Shown in pieces: positions 61,306 through 64,000 of a DNA stretch of 64,000 nucleotides. Both the position numbers and the translations under genes were made by a program. Position 1 is the stretch's first letter. Each line of letters opens with the position of its first letter. The DNA is from the human T2T-CHM13v2.0 reference genome, Homo sapiens. Location of the stretch: NCBI RefSeq assembly GCF_009914755.1, contig NC_060928.1. One strand, given 5' to 3'. The notes beneath the pieces are model-generated. The model was not told the DNA's origin and ran no database searches. It saw only the letters and a list, made by a program, of their open reading frames with translations.

Positions 61306-61321
61306 CAACTAGATGGCAGTG
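61306..61321 (+). promoter_or_regulatory. CTCF motif candidate
   Basis: caactagatggcagtg resembles the CTCF core CCAC(C/T)AG(A/G)(T/G)GGCAG. Confidence 0.5.
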
Positions 61322-61407
61322 TCGTCTCTACAGTTTATATCTAAATGAACAAGTTGATTAGGTTTACTCTCAGTGAGTTGCCTGTTTTTACATTTTGCAT
61401 GACGTAG

Positions 61408-61817
61408 TGTATTAATCCATTCTCACACTGCTATAAAGAAATATCTGACACTGGGTAATGTATAAGAAAAGAGGTTTAATTGGCTTACGGTTCTGCAGGC
61501 TGTACAGAAAGCATGGCAGCATCTGCTTCTGGGGAGGCCTCAGAGAACTCTGAATCATGGCGGAAGGCAAAGGGGGACCAAGGCATCTCACATGGTAGGA
61601 GCAGGAGCAAGAGAGAAGGGGGAGGTGCCACACACTTTTAAACCAACCAGATCTCGTGAGAATTCATCATCACGGCGACAGCACCAGGGGACGATGGTGT
61701 TAAACCATGAGAAACCACCACCATGATCCAATCATCTCCCACCAGGCCCCACCTCCAGCATTGGGGATTACATTTCAACATAAGATTTGGGTAGGGATGG
61801 AGATCCAAACCATATCA
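61408..61817 (-). mobile_element. MSTA-type MaLR solo LTR
   Basis: tgtattaatccattctcacactgctataaagaa...aagaggtttaattggctt...ccaaaccatatca. Confidence 0.88.
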
Positions 61818-61894
61818 GGTAACAGGACTGTTTATTCCATTTTTTACTTATAATCTGAATTTAAATGTTCCCTAATTATAAAAACTGAATTAAT

Positions 61895-62800
61895 TATTTT
61901 AGAGATAGGATCTCACTTTGTCACATAGGTTGAAGTGCAGCGTTGTGCAGTTTGAACTCCAGGCCTCAGCTTCCTCAGCAGCTAGTACTACAGGTGAGTG
62001 AGTGCCACTATGCTTGGATAAACATTTTATTTTAAATTTTTTTGTAGAGATGTGGTCTTGCTATGTTGCCCAAGCTGATCTTCAACTCCTGGCCTCAAGG
62101 GATCCTCCCGCTTCAGCCTCCCAAAGCATTGGGCTTACAGGTATGAGCCAACATGCCCTCTAATCTATTATTCTCTAATAAAAAGTTGGGCAATTTCAAT
62201 CTATAGGAATAAAATAATCATTTTACCTTATGCAGGGTATTTAGTCATTTAACTATGATAGTTTATAGGTAATCATATAAGCACTTTTGGCTTAATCACT
62301 ATGATTATATGTCCTGGAAATTAAGACACATACACACTCTGATTTTATTAAACTTTACACTGAACTTTTAGATTCAACATTAGATGGTTTAAAAGACAAA
62401 GGTGATGTCTCTCAAAGAGAAGTTTTTTTTTTTAAAAAAAACAGCTTTATAGGGGTAGAATTTACATAAAATAAGCCGTTCATATTAAAATATACCACTG
62501 ACACGCACAGAGTTGCGACCTCATCCTTACAATCAAAGTAGTAAACATATCTATCACCCCAAAAAGTTTCCTCATGCCTCTCTGTAACGCCCCCCTCCTA
62601 CCCTTCTCAGTACCTGCCCTCAGTTTTCTGTATGTGTAGATTAGTTTGCATTTCCTAGAGTCTTATATAAATGAGATCATATAGAATTTATCTTTTTCTG
62701 GGTCTGGTTTCTTTCAGCACAATTACTTTGAGATTCATCTGTGTTGTTGCATGTATCAATGGTTAATTCCTTTTTATTTTTGAGTAGTATTCCTCTAGTG
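61895..62800 (-). mobile_element. Diverged AluJ (~61895-62158) and L1MA/MB 3' end (~62425-62800)
   Basis: aacagctttataggggtagaatttacata; tcaccccaaaaagtttcctcatgcc; ttgagattcatctgtgttgttgcatgtatcaa. Confidence 0.75.
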
Positions 62801-64000
62801 TTGTAGAAAAACTAATTCTGAGCTTCCTCCTGCTAGTGGAAGAAATTACTACAATTTGGGACTTCTGTCTCTTAAACATTTAAATGAGCCTTTCTGACCA
62901 AAATAGGCTGATATTAATCTATATTAATATTGTGCCTGTGTGTGCTTTCATTGTTGCTAATGAAAATTTCAGCGTTAACTCTACAAATTGTGTGGTCAAA
63001 AGGATCACACAGAGGCTGTTTGTTAAAAATACATTCTTTGAAAGACAAAAGAAAGGGCTACTTTCATTGTTGTACAGTATCTTTCCCAAGTGGAACATCG
63101 GCGTTATCATAAAGACTGGAAATCGGCTTTCCATCCACCTGTAAACAAACAAGAACTGGGTTATTCCTAATCCTTTCCTATGCAAAGCCTTTTCTTATAT
63201 CTCTCACTCTGGCTGAAATATTATTTCCTCTCGTCAACTGAGCAAATTCTGCCCACTCTTTAAGGATTTTCTCAGCTGGATATAAGTTCTTTCTTCTCTG
63301 ATCTTTCATAACACATTCCATCTTTCTTTTAGTCATATGTAGTATTATCTTAAACTTTTTTGAGTATTTGTCTTATTTTTATATTGTTATAAGCTCTTTA
63401 AGGGCAAAGTGTATGCCAAATACATAGTAGGTACTCAAATATTTGCTGCATGAGTAAATAAACCTACCAGTAAGAAGCAAGAAAGTTATAGATAGTTCCA
63501 TTTTTAGCCTACATGAGAACAGTGATAAGATTTCAAAAGGAGCATATCCATTGAACACTTCAATACATTTGGAGCCACAGAAGCTTTACATAAAGCCCCT
63601 AACCAACATTAAAAATAAGAGGATGAGAGAATTTTTACCTATACAAGGCTAGGTACAGGGATAGGAAGTAAATGATTATATTGTTATATACTGGCTGGAT
63701 TCATTTTATATTGGATGATTTTTTTCATCTTATATGCCCCTACCATACCAAAAGTACCTATTCTAGTACTTAGGCCACAAACTTGGAATGTAGTGGAGCA
63801 TAGTATCATGGTAAAACCCAGGCCGAATTTGGGCCAGGTGAACAAGAGCACAAAGGATTGAGGGTGTTTATGAAAAGTTGGATCATGAAACCTAGATCAT
63901 GCATCTAGGCTGATTTAAGGAAGGAAGTGGCAGAAGAGGGCTTTTAGTAAGAAAATGGATGAGCTAAAGGAATGGACAAGATTGAAATTTAGGATAAGGA

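Overview
This is human genomic DNA: it is AT-rich, Alu-dense and carries a human-specific AluYb8 insertion. It holds the 3' part of NAA15 (NARG1/NATH, the auxiliary subunit of the NatA N-terminal acetyltransferase) on the + strand. I traced 16 GT-AG coding exons (exons 5-20 in the usual numbering) between 461 and 45746. They splice in frame and encode about aa 135-866 (ETRYQ...ELANEI*). A ~3.3 kb 3' UTR with four AATAAA signals follows, then ~15 kb of intergenic, repeat-rich DNA (near-full-length Tigger1, L2, MSTA, L1M, Alus). Almost all other ORFs in the track are Alu-derived or chance. I found no evidence for a wholly new gene or system. The best leads are: (i) candidate unproductive or alternative splicing elements in this dosage-sensitive gene, including a hairpin-masked stop-first cassette exon at 33117-33216, a frameshifting exon 14 acceptor, an exon-18-like acceptor in intron 17 and an acceptor inside the 3' UTR; (ii) several templated-insertion or snap-back scars in the introns; (iii) closely apposed inverted Alu pairs. 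Repeat subfamily names and repeat boundaries were called by eye and are approximate.
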